DNA from: Raillietiella orientalis
Taxonomy: Eukaryota
DNA length: 64,000 bases
Reading direction: 5' to 3'
Assembly (NCBI GenBank): GCA_036172245.1
Contig: JAYWIR010000008.1
Coordinates: forward strand, 1,736,001 to 1,800,000
Under the pieces are notes generated by a model. The model saw nothing but the letters and a program-made list of their open reading frames with translations, had not been told where the DNA came from and did not search any database. Positions within the stretch are counted from its first letter, which is position 1, and every line of letters begins with the position of its first letter. Of this stretch, positions 12,301 through 25,600 are shown piece after piece. The position numbers and the translations under genes were made by a program.

Positions 12301-13465
12301 TTTATTTTCCTCCAACAAACGCTCCGGCGTAAACAGGTGACAGATTATTTCACATCTCCCTTTTCTGCAAGATTTCACTGGGTTACCGACCCTGCTTCCT
12401 CGATGTCATCTGAGGCGCTGCATCCCTCTTCCCCCACAGAACGATAAGGGCAAGTCACAGGTGCCTGTCATCTCTCTTGAAGTCAGGAGCTATGCTAGCC
12501 TTCAGACGGTGCAGAAAGAGCAAAGCCGGTAACCCACGAGAGCCGTCCTCGACTTTCCCTAACTGGTTTCCCGCCTTTTCTAAAAGAATGGAGAGAGCAT
12601 TGAGCACTTCTGCTACCTGTCGTTTGAGAAACCCTGAATTTCCTGACGCCCAAGCCGAGGGAACTCCTCTCGTTCTGGGACAGCATGGCTTTTGAACCGG
12701 GTCATGCCGAGTAGTGCTGGGCGTGTTCCGTGCGCCCCATCGCAGCCTCCGCTTCCTTCAAGTGATCCGTTCACGGTAGAGGTGGTGCTTCTCGCCGAGG
12801 CTTGGGCTGCGAAGAGAGGTTTTTGTCAATGACCCCCGTGGGAGACATGGAGACCCCTCGGGTGTGTAAGCCCCCGAGAGCGAAGTGATTCCCCTGGGGC
12901 AGACCAGGATCGCGGCGTGACGGTGAGGAGCGCATACGTGGCAGCGGTTTCCTCGGCCAGCCTAGAATCAGAGATGGACCAGGGTCTGCTTCTCAATCCA
13001 ACCTCTTCATAAGGTGGATCCGATCCTCCCAGTTCTGCGCACATCAAGTCCGTCGAAGAAGCGCGAACATCTCGGAATGCGCTCCGGTGGTCTCAGTGCG
13101 CGGAGCTGGTCCGCCATCTACCCGAACCTGCAGTCCCAGCTTCAAGGGATGGAAAGTTTTATGTGTCCACCCTCAAGGATTCGCCGGTGGCGATTCATCT
13201 AATGAGAATGGTCGTCGACATGGCCCAGGGATGTCGCGGATGCCGAAACTGGAGACTCATCCGCGCGATCTGACGCGAAATTGGTATCTCACTGATCCTG
13301 CAAAATATCCCGTGTAGGTTGGCCACGGAGACGATGACCGCGCTGGACATGCAGGCCATCCTGCGCGATCTGCGCATCAAAGAGGCAGTCGACGATGTGT
13401 GGTATGTGGTCAAGATCAAGTGTTGAGAGCCTTCCAGGCACCTGAAGGTGTGCCACGTGCGATCC

Positions 13466-14784
13466 TCCGGAGGCGATCGAAATTCTGAAAGATCCATTCA
13501 TTTTAATATGCACAGTTATTCACATTTATTAGCATACATATTGCAACAGATATGTTTATAAATACTCAGTGACATCCATTTTATTAATCCTATGGGAGAG
13601 GAGCTCATCAGATTTGAACGTTCTCCGTTGACGGCATGAGAGTCGCAGGGACGACTTCTGTGAACGGAACGCTTTTTTGCGTGTCGCTTACGCTGTCAGG
13701 GGTGCCGACTGACTTTATAAAGTGCTCTTGAAAGTTGCCAATGTAATTGTTCATTTACACCATATGAAACAAAATGGTTTCATTTTTCCCAGGAATACAT
13801 TGTTTATTTAAAAGTTACAATTATAGTTCCAATAAAATCAACAATTCATTGGGGTGCGTTACAATATAATAAATTATGTATGACGCAGCTATAATATTGT
13901 GCTATAATTATAATAATCGGTCGATATAAATAGATTTTTGTTTACTGCCGTTGCCAAGAGAATTATAATAACGTAAGTGTATGCGTCCATCTCAAACGTG
14001 GACAGTGTTTAACTTATGTCGCGAGGATAAGCTAAAAACACATTTATAGAGTGTCCACAATCCACGCCGATAATCTTCGCCGAACCCACATATGCGTCCA
14101 TGCCACTCAAGGGGTTAATATAATTAATAAGTTGTTGATTACATTATTGATATTTACACTGAATATTATAAAAAATAAATGTATATATTTATCAAATATA
14201 TTTATATAAAGATTAATACATGGATTAATATGTACCGTGAAGAAGGCAACAAATAAATATATTTGCTTATTATGTATATTTACATTTGAAATTCTCTTTT
14301 TTGTTTATTTAAGTTTGCATTTTTATTTTTTTCCGCTACTTTTGTCACAATTATTCTTCATTTTTAAAAATTAATTTTATTTTTGAAAATATGCATTCAT
14401 TTAATAGATACATATTTGGACTAAACGAATATTATATAAATATATATAACATATAGTCATTATATGTATATATTATAATATCCATGATACACATTAATCC
14501 ATGTATTAATCTGTACATAAATATGTACGATAAGCATATTTATTTATTTTTTATAATCTTCAATTCAGACATCAGCAATATAATCACCAACTTGTTAATT
14601 TTATTTATAAAATGTATGCCACTGAATCTTGATAAACATATGTCTCACTAGTATTACGGTTCATAGTATATATATTAATACATATGACTATGCATATTAA
14701 AATGAATTTGTGCATTGATCTATGCAGCATCAGCACCCACGTGGTTGTTCCTCTTACCATCTTTCGGGATTTTGATGCGGACCC
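13466..14784. mobile_element. Mutator-like foldback MITE, copy 2, with long (~250-300 bp) TIRs
   Basis: Ends ..GATCGAAATTCTGAAAGATC and (rc) GGGTCCGCATCAAAATCCCGAAAGAT. TSD GTGCGATCC (13457-13465) / GTGCGAGCC (14785-14793) matches at 8/9. Segments 13496-13587 plus 14119-14240 form an inverted repeat of 14481-14707. Confidence 0.85.
13588..14114. mobile_element. piggyBac-like MITE nested in the left TIR of MULE copy 2
   Basis: Bounded by TTAA (13584-13587) and TTAA (14115-14118); the right end is ..CAAGGGG. Removing it restores continuity of the host left TIR with the right TIR. The left terminus is degenerate (TCC). Confidence 0.7.
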
Positions 14785-16043
14785 GTGCGAGCCATGAAAA
14801 GGCTGAGATGGTGGAAACGGAGCCTTTCTGGAGAATGGGCCGGGGATAGAGAGGCTGCTCTGCGCAGACTGTCCCCACTGAGGGAACGTTGCCTTTTTCC
14901 AGTTCGTCGTGTCGGTTTCCGGGAAGCGGAACCACGGGACGGATGCTCCGGCTGGATACGCTTCTCCGGGAGCACGTCTGCCTGAAACGGGAAAGGGGAG
15001 TGCGCGGCGCTCACAAGGACGGAAGGAAGTCCTCCGGAAATGTCGTCGCGAAGGATACAGCACTGCAGACGGCGGAGGCAGAGACCGCGGCGGTCGAGAT
15101 GACCTTCGTGGACCGAAGCGAACAGGCGGAGGCTGCTGCGGCCACCCCGCCTAGGTGCGGTCCCTCTTGGAAACTTCTTCCAAAAGGGAGCCAAAGTTCG
15201 ACAGTCGTTCGGACTTCAGGCGCCCCTTCCGACATAGGGCGAGACCGCGCGGAGCAGTCGTGCGGACCTGGGAAAGCAGCGGAAAGTCCCTGGGAAGGAA
15301 GCGATGCACGATGGGTCAGCGCCGGTGAAGTGCCCCCTACGCATCGCTGGGGAGTCCACGCGATCCATTTTTTCCGGACTCTCAAGAGTCTCTGAAGAGT
15401 ACGCGAAAGCAGTAGGGAGAGTGGATGGCTGCTCAGCGGCCGGGAATTTCAGCGCCGCCCGAGCCCCGTTCGCAGCCGGGCGACGTTCCTCCGCCACGTG
15501 GGGAAGAAGGCAAACAATCGGATCCCCAGGAATAATGGGGGGATTCGCCGCCTCTCCTCGTGTGGTCCACCTGGCCGCGTGGAGCGGGACCGGGAAAGGC
15601 GCGCAACCGCCGAGTCCCTGAGAAGTGTCGCCCTCTTACCGCTTCCTGGAGAGGCACAGCTTCCCCGAGCAGATGATTCGCCAGATCGAACCCTCCTTGG
15701 GAGGAACGCTTGAGGTGACACGCGGACCCGCTCGCGGCACGGCTTTCGTTTTTGCGAGGGTGGTCAGGCAGGCCAGCCGGCGCCCAGGCGCTCCCCCACC
15801 GACTCCCTACGCACCCTGAAATTCCCAGCAGCGCCGAGGGAGAGAGGAGTTCCTGGAGGTACCAGAAGGACCGGCTGCTCCGGTCCGCTCTGCTTACCCA
15901 ATGGACGAGGGCTTTAACGTACGTCTGACCTCAGCCGAGGCGCGTTGCCCGCGTCTCCGCCCGAAGGCGAATGGGCCGAGTGTGGTGATGAGCGTCAGAA
16001 ACGTGGCGTGTCCGTCCGACTCCGATGACCGCGCGCGCCTCGA

Positions 16044-16094
16044 GGGTGTGGTTCGAAGTCACGAAGCATCAAAATCCCGAAAGATCTTGAAAAC

Positions 16095-16138
<44 letters not shown>

Positions 16139-17009
16139 TCATATAAATAGTAATGCATAGAACAATATATCTTTTAAAGATGCTTATTAAGTATACTGAT
16201 GTATATATTCATATAAAAATTAATGTGCAAATTTCATTTACTATATATATACGCATTAATATTTTTAACATGCATATTGTTAATATAATTTATAATATTT
16301 TTATTATATGTAAACGTATATATTTCTATATACATTAATAATGATTCCAAAAATTATAAAAAAATAAATGTGTGTGTTTTAAAATGCATTGAATATGTAG
16401 TAATATGTATTTATACATATAACAGATACACACGGAATGAATATATAAATATCGAATGATGAACATACATGTTTATCAAACGATCAAAATTACGATAGCA
16501 GAATCCATCATTTCTTGGGTGCTTTCAAAAGTGGTAGGAAAACCACGTGAAAAATTCCTTCTTCCTTCTAAATTTATACATTCATTCAATATCTATTTAC
16601 ATAAATATACTTTTATATATGCATTAATGTCCATAATAATCATATATATTTATTTTATAATATTTTATACATTAATGACGTGTCGATACGTGTTATAAAT
16701 TATATCAATAATACATTAATCAGTATGTACGCTAAAATAATAATACTATTCACAATATGAATCCCAATAAATATTAACAAACATGCATTTTAAAACATCG
16801 TATATTAATCTATCTATCTATCTATATAAATAATTATACATCATATACATGTGTTTTATTTTTATATGTTCATAATACATATTGATCATTTACATATAAA
16901 TATGTGTTTATTAATATCTATATACATAATAAACATATGTAATTAGTTTTAAGATCCTTCGGGATTTTGATTTTCGGAATTTCGGCGCTCGGAATTTTGA
17001 TCGGGACCC
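16044..17009. mobile_element. Mutator-like foldback MITE, copy 3
   Basis: ATCAAAATCCCGAAAGATCTTGAAAAC versus (rc) ATCAAAATCCCGAAGGATCTTAAAAC. Termini begin GGGT with tandem TCAAAATCCCGAA-like units. TSD GCGCCTCGA (16035-16043) / GTCCCTCGA (17010-17018) matches at 7/9. Confidence 0.85.
16097..16134. repeat. (AT)n microsatellite
   Basis: Perfect AT run inside MULE copy 3. Confidence 0.95.
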
Positions 17010-17399
17010 GTCCCTCGATGACCACCCGTTTTCAAGGGTAGGACGACCCGGTCTATCTCGGTACCACCCCAATAGCTGGACTGACTTGGGTCCTCCATGA
17101 AGGGATCCGGAAACAAGGGTGTTTAGGGATGCCTGAGGTCTGGTTCAGCCAGCCGGCAGTCTAGGAAGAACTCCGAACCCTTTTTGGCTGCTCCATCCAC
17201 AAGTGATCGTTTTGAAAATCCGTACGTTCCGGCAGGAACTCCAGAGGAACTCCTTCTCCAGAGCGAAACCGTGCGGAACATCTCTGCCGAACGAGTGAGG
17301 ATGCGAGCATCCCTCCGGAGGGTGGTCCCGATGGCTGCGGACCACCCCCCACTCCCATCCCTTCTTCGTCCGTTTCCGTGAGGCATGCAGGAGAGTGCT

Positions 17400-18100
17400 A
17401 AGGGCTTCCCTCACGCAACGGCACCTAGGGAGCGGCCCGTGGCTCCTCCAGGATCGAGCCGCGGGCCTGGAGCCTTGCCGCCCGCAGTCCGATCACAAGA
17501 GGCCCGGGGACTCCCGTCCACTGCCTGGGCGCAATCGCCCTGGGCGCGGAGCCAACCAACGCAGGAGACTGCGCCGAGGATGGAAGCGCATCACAGGAAT
17601 ACTCCCGTGTCCAACCGACCCCTGCTCGGAGGGGCGGCGGCCACTTTGGGCTGCCTTTCCCCTGGAGATCCTCTGTCTCGTGCAACCGTTGGTTCTTCAG
17701 CGTCTCCGCTGGATGGTTCCGGGCGATGGCGAAAATGGAGGCAGGGTGAGGCCGTCCATTTTATGACCCACGTGGGAAGGTCCAACCCGGGATGTAAAGT
17801 ACAAGGGAGCCTTCGGACTGCAGCGGGAGGAGGACTAGTCCGAAGAGGGTGGAGCACCTTATCCTTCCCCATCCCGTCCCCCATCCATGGATTCATCCGT
17901 CAGCTCTCCGTCCAGTCGGCCCCGGTTCCTTCTGTAGGAAGGGTGGGTCGTGTGGTTTCGCGACGGTACGCGTCGGGCGCCGCTCGAACTGTACACGCTT
18001 TAGGTAGAAGAGACCGCCTGGCAGCGCCGGGTGAGGAGGTCACTTTGGGGCGTTTGTTCAAATTAAGGAAAAGCACATTTGCGGACCTCTTGAGCACGTT
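17400..18100 (+). mobile_element. Degenerate RT fragment
   Basis: WKRITGILP (like WRPIT) and GVEHLILPHP..WIHP (like motif B); weak. Confidence 0.35.
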
Positions 18101-18189
18101 TCAGGAAACGCCAACAGAGGCTGGGCGGCAAGGGGTAAACGCGCACAGTTAATGAAAGGTTAAAAAGGAATAGAGGGAATGAAACTAAA

Positions 18190-18750
18190 TAATTAAGTAA
18201 GCCAATTAATAAATACATGCGAAGTTAGGAAGCATCTGTAGTGAACGCTCACCGTCTCCGGGACAAAGGCAAATGCTGATTGCCCAGGAGAGGAAGTTTC
18301 ACAAAAGGTCTGTTCCGTGTCTTTATTTTTGCCGTGCCTCAATCCGGGTGGCGTTCTCCTTTTTTTCGCAGTGATGATGAGGTCCCCCACTGGTCCTGGA
18401 GGGTCTGACGTGGATGGCCGTCCTGCGGTGCTGCCTGTGCTGCAGCTCATGACGAGTCTCCACTGCTGTTCGGATGCAATCAGAGGCTCGAGGAATCGGC
18501 GCATGAGAAATCGCCTGCGAAGCTGCCAAAGGAAGCTCCCGTGTTCCAGAGAGCTGCTGCTACGCGTCGCCACTATGAGGGAACCCTTGGCCCAAAAGCA
18601 GGTGCAGAAGGGATTCAAACGCCCCCGCATCTGGACAGGAACTCGTTCCCTCTCATCGAGTAGTTCTCTCTCTTCTCTCCGGCGTTAGTTGCACATAGCT
18701 GAGAGAGTAACAAAGAGTGCCTTCGCGCCCTGCTACAGGAGGAGGGAGGG
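18190..18750 (-). mobile_element. CCHC/RLE fragment with AT-rich 3' tail
   Basis: SCPDAGAFESLLHLLLG (knuckle) and DLIITAK, followed by a TATTTATTAATTGG tail. Confidence 0.45.
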
Positions 18751-18799
18751 CGGCCATCTTCCGGTGGAGACCAATAGTTCATCCATGGAGACGCCACGA

Positions 18800-21200
18800 A
18801 TGACATGCATGTAGTTAGGAATGACCATGCGTTGCGAGAACCACCGCATGCACTATTCGAGCTCGCGAGCGGCTGCGACCCAAAGTGGTCTCAAAGGAAG
18901 ACAATCAAGCGATTCTTCAGAGGGTGTGCTGCCCTTTTCAAAACATTGCGACCACATCTGGAAACCTCCGAAAGGAGAAGCATTCCAAATACCTCTCTCC
19001 CTTTGTTCTCTACCGGAGTGAAGCCGCCAGCGTTAAAAAAGCTGATGGCTGGATCTCTGGTATTCCGGAAGCTATGCAGCGTTCCAGAATTGATGAGTTT
19101 CTACCGCCCGGGGAACTCATTCCGTGACATCCTCAGATAGACATCAAAGCAAAGACGTCTGCTGGACACGTTGGCTTAGCCATCCTCCTGACAAAGGACT
19201 GGCCGCATCTTAAATTCGGATCTACTGCAGTTCGGAAGACTGCTTAACCACCGGCCGAGGACTGCCGATAATGAAATGAACAGAGCTCTGCCGAAGTTTC
19301 CCTCCAGCACTGCACAGTCACCACCAATCCACTTTGATTACACAAGAAAGGAACGGTAAAGAGATAATGTAGGGCCGTGACTTTTGCTTCTGCTCTACTC
19401 TTCTGCAATGGTATCATTCGGTTTTCGTGGCATGGACCCGCGAGGTTCCATCTAGCAGACTCCTCACACTAATCGTCACTTCCTTTTCCCCAGTTTCCAT
19501 GGTCACACTCCTCTCATGTAAGATTGGGATTCATCAGCCTTCTATGGAAGAAACATCTTGGCCACCTCTGTGTATCCAAATGGCAAAGGATCTTTCCAGA
19601 GTTCCACGTTGACAAAGAATGCTTTGAAACTGCACTTTGAGACCCTTTCGCTCCTTCCGGCTGTGAAAGCGCAAGCGTTAAAAAATTTCATGCTGCCATA
19701 GAATCCGCCCTTACGAGTGTTTCGCTACCGGCTTATTGGTAAATGCTGACCACGTGCCCATCGGTGAGAGTCCTATCGCCTGTGATCTGGAATCAACGGA
19801 ATTTTCTATTTCGAAAAGCTGTCTAGTTTCAAGAGTTCCTGGACTTTTGCCTTATCTGAGGCTCTCTGTTTCCGTAACCGCGGCGATGTCTAACTGTAGT
19901 GGCTGAAGAATGCTGTATTTTCTGCCCAGACAACTCCTAAGGTTACAGGGGCCTCCAAAAGGGGGGGGGGAAATGTTGGCACTATTAGCTACGTGTTCAT
20001 GAACTGCACTCTTTTTTACTCCTGAATTTCTTAGTGACTCTTCTGCTGGTGGTGTGTGAGCACCAATTGAGGTTCCAGGTTATTCACAAATCGAGCCAAT
20101 CCATCTCGTGCCATGAGTAAGTCTTAATGAGTGTTGATGAGACCTCAGTCATCAAAAGCATTCAAAGAGGAAATTCAGTTCCTATGAATTACGTCATTGA
20201 TCTCTTGACTGAAAAGATATCCAAACCTAATTCTTCCCTGGGCTAATTAGTGGATGCTATGGCCTCCGAATTCCTTTTATTAGCTCGAAAGAAAATCAGT
20301 AGCTCATACTTTCGGGATAAGTTTTCCATGCTCACTCGAGTGTGCTTATCCCATCTTACGTGAGAAAAGTTGGCGTTTTCCTTCTCACAATGAGACCAGA
20401 TCTTTCAGCTTCATCGGACCACAGAGAATCGACGAAAGGATTCTCTGAAGAGAGAAATGGTACCTCTTGGTCAGCACCAGTGGGTTGTTCCAAAGAATTT
20501 CGCTCTCAGCGATAAAGAATGAGTCCTCAAAAAGGGCAGAGAAGAAGATCACGGCAGATTTGTGCCCAAACCGAGCTATGTGGGAGTTCGGAACACCCAG
20601 CACCGATGCAGGGAGCACACGGGCAACGGGTTAGCCTGCCTGCCGTCCGAAGGCAGAGTGAGCATCCGAGAGCATCGTTCGACGAGGATGATGTGGATTA
20701 CGTATGCGGCTCGGGTGGAGTTTCTCGGGCGCACCCTCAGGCACTGCGCCAGCAACGCAAGTCTGATTACCGGAAGAGACGACGAACTGATAGTTCAGAT
20801 CAACCGCACGATTATTCCGAATTACCGCGAGCTGTTGGCCTCTAGCTGGCCTATTACTGGGATGTGTTGGGGACTTCGAGGGGATTTGGTGATCCGAGAC
20901 GAAGGACGAGAGATTAAACTGGAGGCCAGCTGCCCACGCGAGAGCCAGTTTCAAGGAGTCGGGAGAGCGAGAGGTTTAGAAGATTGACTCCCTTACTTTG
21001 CCTACAACAGAGTTCCTGCATCGGTCACGAGCCATCAGTGTCAAGCCTGGAACCCAAGGCACGGTGAAATAATGTAGAACCTGCAGACTCTTGGAAAGCA
21101 GACGCAATGCACCATGAAAGAATTAGAGTTCTCGAACATCAAGCCCTCTTAAGATATATTCTGGAACAATCAGTTGGACCACCAGCTGTAATAAGGTGAT
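18800..21200 (+). mobile_element. Degenerate RLE non-LTR retrotransposon (RT, CCHC, RLE)
   Basis: RAVTFASALL (RT motif 1) near 19370. ORF 20562-20987 ends EFLGRTLRHCASNASLITGRDDEL..GLRGDLVIRDEGREIKLEASCPRES, matching knuckle + RH + PDL..DxxCP. Confidence 0.7.
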
Positions 21201-22639
21201 TCTATTGGGGACGGTGTCATTCATCTTCCGAGAAATGAGACCGAGAAATCAGTTTGATTGCGGGGACGGTGAGGAATCTCTTCCGTCCACATACTACGCC
21301 TCCCCTGCCCCCATATGCTTGTCCTGGAACGAAATGTGAGCTAGCACGGCCAGATGAGCAGCGGTTCAGTGAACATGGATGCTGTTCTTCTGCTGAGATT
21401 GCCAAACCGAGAGTTCAGTCCAAAGTCACTGTCCCAGGAGAATGGTCGCAATCGTTTGTAACCATGGTAGTGACCATTATTCTTGGTTGTTGCCAAAAAT
21501 CTCCCTGCTGCTTCAGTGTTCCTAAGATCCGAGTTTTCCAATGCACTTGTGTCTCTGACTTGAGTCTTGTGACCTCTCTCCTACCTGCAGCATCGAGATC
21601 TCCTTTTTGCCTAAACGGGACAACCGCCTGGTCAGCTGGAATGCATTGTGTTCCATCAGATATTCCTCCTTCCTTCTTCTTCCACCGTGTGACTTCAGAC
21701 TGCCTGGTCTTTCAAGTTGCCGTCATTTGAAGCCATTGTGAATATCATTATTCTTGAAGAAGCGAGCATCACTGTGTGGTGTCGCGGACATTGGTTGACG
21801 TCAGAATTGGGAAAGGAAGCCAGATGGAAACCGACTGAACGAGAGAAGGGTTGCAGTTGAAATGGCGAGATTCTGGCGTTACGCAGCGAGTCCATGTCAC
21901 GGTGGGTAGTGCACATATTCCGTCCCAAATCCTCCTCCTCCCCTCCCTCCCCTACTCCACCTAACATCATTGTCGGTTTGAAATCTCCCATCCAACTTTC
22001 GAATATTCGCAAGGCTCCCGAACCGCTTCATCTGCGAGAGAGCCATTCTTTCTCTTGGTCATCATTCTGCTCTTGATGAACGCAGATTACTTCCCAACGA
22101 TCAAGAATTGTCCTCTGCTCTGAAGTGAGTCTGCTCTCCGCCTCGATGTTTTGCTTCATTCAACTCTCCGCCATTCACGGTCCAGCTTGGCCTCCCGGCA
22201 GTTATCTAAGAGCTCTCCCATTGACGCTTGAGTATTCCAGATGCTGAAGGCCCGGATTACCTAGCTCCAGCATCATTCTCAATTTAAAGCTGCTCATCTT
22301 TCAGTTTTCCCCGTGAGACGTCGACGCTCTCTCACGAGATCTGGATGTTCAAAAACTTCTCCAGCATGAAGCATCACGTTGACTACATGTGAAGGCAGTC
22401 AGGAGACGGAATCTACTCACTCTTAAGTGAAGATTCTCGTCAGTGACTGCGTTCATCTGGAGTGCTGCACCAGACTGATGATGTGTTCTGCTATGTGTTT
22501 GAAACCTCGCAATCGCCTTTTCGCCTTCACTCGGTCACTTTTGTAAAAGAATCAAGCAGACGAGTTGGGACACCAGTCCGCGAAAGAACAAGCAGCGAAA
22601 AGAAGTTCGTCGGGGGTTGCTACGGAAGTCCGGAGCGAA

Positions 22640-25600
22640 AGGGAGGAAGGCAGTTAAATAAGTAAATAAATAAAAGGAGCGCGGGGACAGGCGTCTTTGG
22701 CAGAGTACGACTCTTTTCGTCGAAAACCAGCTCAGAATGCCGGCGATCTCCTCCTACTTGTCTTCCTCTTCCAGGTGGGGCCACCACGCAGCCGTCCTCG
22801 TGCGAGCAGCTGCCATGAGAGAAGTTTCCCTTCTCTGCATCCGAGACCCAAGCACGTGGTGGGCTGTGGCGATGGCGCCGGATGCAGTTCGTCGCTGCCA
22901 GCTCGGCGCCTGTCGGGACTCCACCTCTCGCGCGGAGAATCCCACAGCAAGTCCTTGGCGGTGTCCTCCGGGTGCCGGAGCGCTGAAGACAGCCTCCGCC
23001 GAACTTCCCGCAGGGCACCTCCGTCCAACGAGAAGAACGATTCGTCCCGCACCTCAGACAGATCGGGGACGCAACTTTCCCGGAGGCGAGGTGTCGACAT
23101 TAGTTGCACCGGATTGCGTCCCAGCGTGGAAGCAGCAGCACATTCTGTTTGCAGAATAACCAAAACACTCTTTTTTTTTATTCGCACGGAAATCGGGGGA
23201 CCTTCCGTTTCTGAACGTCCCTGATTTGTTGAATTTTGATCGAGATGGAGGTTGATAAGGAAGAGTTAAGAGCAAGAGTTGTGTTGAGACGTTTCTTGGA
23301 CCTTTCCTAACCATTCAAGCTTCCTGGAGTCTCAAAATTTCTGGTGAAGGAAACCTGGCAAAATATGAAGATGAGTATTCAGGCGCCATCTTACCGTTTT
23401 TCCTTCATCCGCTGCTAAAGGCGTCCCAGGAGTTTCGGCTTCCCAGTGGCATGCCTGATGCAATCCTGGATTCACATATCTGTCACCACCTGGAGGAAAT
23501 TATGAGTTGTGCATCGCTCGGTTGACTTATTATTTCAGGAGTGAAGACTACTATTTGCCCTAATCCCTTTTCTCCAGACTCCCCAACATGCCCTCTTTTT
23601 CCACGAAAAGATAAGTTAGTGAGAAAAATGTTCTGTAGGATCTGATGAACGTGGATCTAGTTTCCATTTATCAGTGGATCTCGATGCGTCTTCCGTTCCG
23701 GTGCGTTCCATGGCAGATCCACGGAATGATAGCTGCTTGCAAGACTGTCAAGATCAGAAGCACGCATCAAATATTTTGGAAGGATCTTGCAGCTTCTAGA
23801 AAATCCTTCACCTGTTCGCCTTTGGTTTAATACCCGCAAGGTATTATTTCGCGTCTGCATGGTACTGTGTCGGTGGATTCTGTACATCTGGAAAGATTCC
23901 GAAAGGTGCCCCTCTGCTTCGGGCTACGCAAAAAGAGACACGCTTCTCATCACGCGAAATCCCCATAGAATGCGTCTTGTTCCCTCGGCAGCGATTTGCT
24001 GCTAGACAACAGAAAATATTGGTTCCTCTATTAATGTTGCATACTCCTAGCAGCAAAGAGGGAATGGCGACACAGCGAAGGAATAAATGTTTTGTGCTTC
24101 CTGATCAAGCTCGGATGTGTGCAGTTTGGCCTGGCATTCGTCCTCTTGCCAAAAACTCCCACACGACTCCTGCAAACCCGGTTCCCCCAGCTTGCTCCTC
24201 TATCCTCCCCGAATGATTCCACGTGCATCTCATCTCCGAATGGCCTTCTAGAAGAATTCGTCGGATCAACTCAGTGATGATTGCAAAAAAAAATCCTGCA
24301 TCCCTTGTCTGTTCTTCCTAATAAAACACGAGCACTCAAGAATGATGATGTTCTCCTGTCTCCTTCATTTTCCCAGTGTGTGAGTGTGGCAGCAAGAGCG
24401 GATTCACAAGTAAAAGATGCCATATCCCGAGAAGAACTTGTCCAGTTGAAGAGCGCCATCAATCCACAAGATTCTGGAGCAATGCCACCAGAGTTATTGC
24501 TTATCGATCAGCCCCTTCACTCGTTCATTCCTAGAAAAGGCCAGCAATCAGAAAGGGTGTGCTTCATTCTGCTGGAAGTCACTCCAAGGAACAGCAAACA
24601 GATTCGCTTCGCTGCCACGTCATTGGAGGGAAACTCTGTGAACAGTGAAATGAATTTCAGGTCGATATCTTCAAGAATTTTCAATTGTCATTGGTAGGTC
24701 TTTTATCAGTGACAGGAAAAGTGTGCCTGAACCGTTCCTTACACGGGGAAAGTCCAAAACAAATGCTTCCTGGGGCTCCTGCTCTCATTAGGTTGCTGGG
24801 GCGCTTTACCCGGCAGCTGGGTGGCGTGCCGAGCGCTGATCTAAAGAGCCCGCGAACTCGCCATACCGAATCTCCAAGCTCGTGGTTCTGCTGGTTTCAG
24901 CCACCGTACTAAGGAGCCATCGTGAAGGAATGATGCTGCTTGCACATTACTTTTTCCCTCCAGAATTTCGGTGACTGCAAGGCCGGTGGCGATTCTGAGC
25001 CGAGGACCGATGATTTTGGTCCAAACTACGTCTGCGCAGTTCTTCTGGATTCCAAACCAGTGCTCCACAGGAAACAAAGCACTAGCTGCTTAAGCAGCCG
25101 GGGATGAACCGTACGCATCCTTCCGTGCTACGAAGGACCAGTATCTGGAAAATATCTGGCTCGTGTTGGCAGCCGTATGGCTGCGTTTCCCGCGCGTGGC
25201 ACCAAGAGTTGAGTGTTCGAATCCCACTCGGGGAAGAATCGATGCCAGGGTGCGACCCTGCCTCCGCAGGATAACGCTGGTTTGTGGGCCCACGGACTTC
25301 GGATGCGGCACTGGTGGGAAGCCGGGAACTCCCGGATGCTCCCGTTGATCAGAAGTCAACCCTCCGAGGTTCTTCCAGGGGTCAGGAAGTCGGTTCCCTT
25401 CAGGGTTTTTCTTTGGTCGTGAGAATGTTGCCGTCCTTCTCCTTGAGAAGGGACCCTCCATTGCGCACCATGGAGCTAGCTGACAGCCCTTTCGAGGGTT
25501 GCCTCTCCAGGGTGTCAGGAGCGCGCTGCTCCCTTTGGGGAGCGCCCTTCAGAAAGAAATTAAGAAGCGTCGCTTCGGGGCTCTCTTCGGAGAAGTAACA

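Larger units (their letters stand above)
13280..15060 (+). pseudogene. Possible gag/ORF1-like remnant, split by MULE copy 2
   Basis: SLILQNIPCRLATETMTALDMQAILRDLRIKEAVDDVWYVVKIK lies before the insert. REHVCLKRERGVRGAHKDGRKS (like a decayed Zn knuckle) lies after it. Confidence 0.35.

Noticed and set aside
23824..23840. GGTTTAATACCCGCAAG resembling the nematode SL1 leader (NeSL target)
   Set aside because: The match is short and imperfect, and lies inside an RT relic (minus strand YLAGIKP, like KYLG). No SL RNA body follows.
25160..25235. Functional tRNA gene
   Set aside because: A B-box is present but there is no convincing acceptor stem or anticodon arm. Kept only as a finding.
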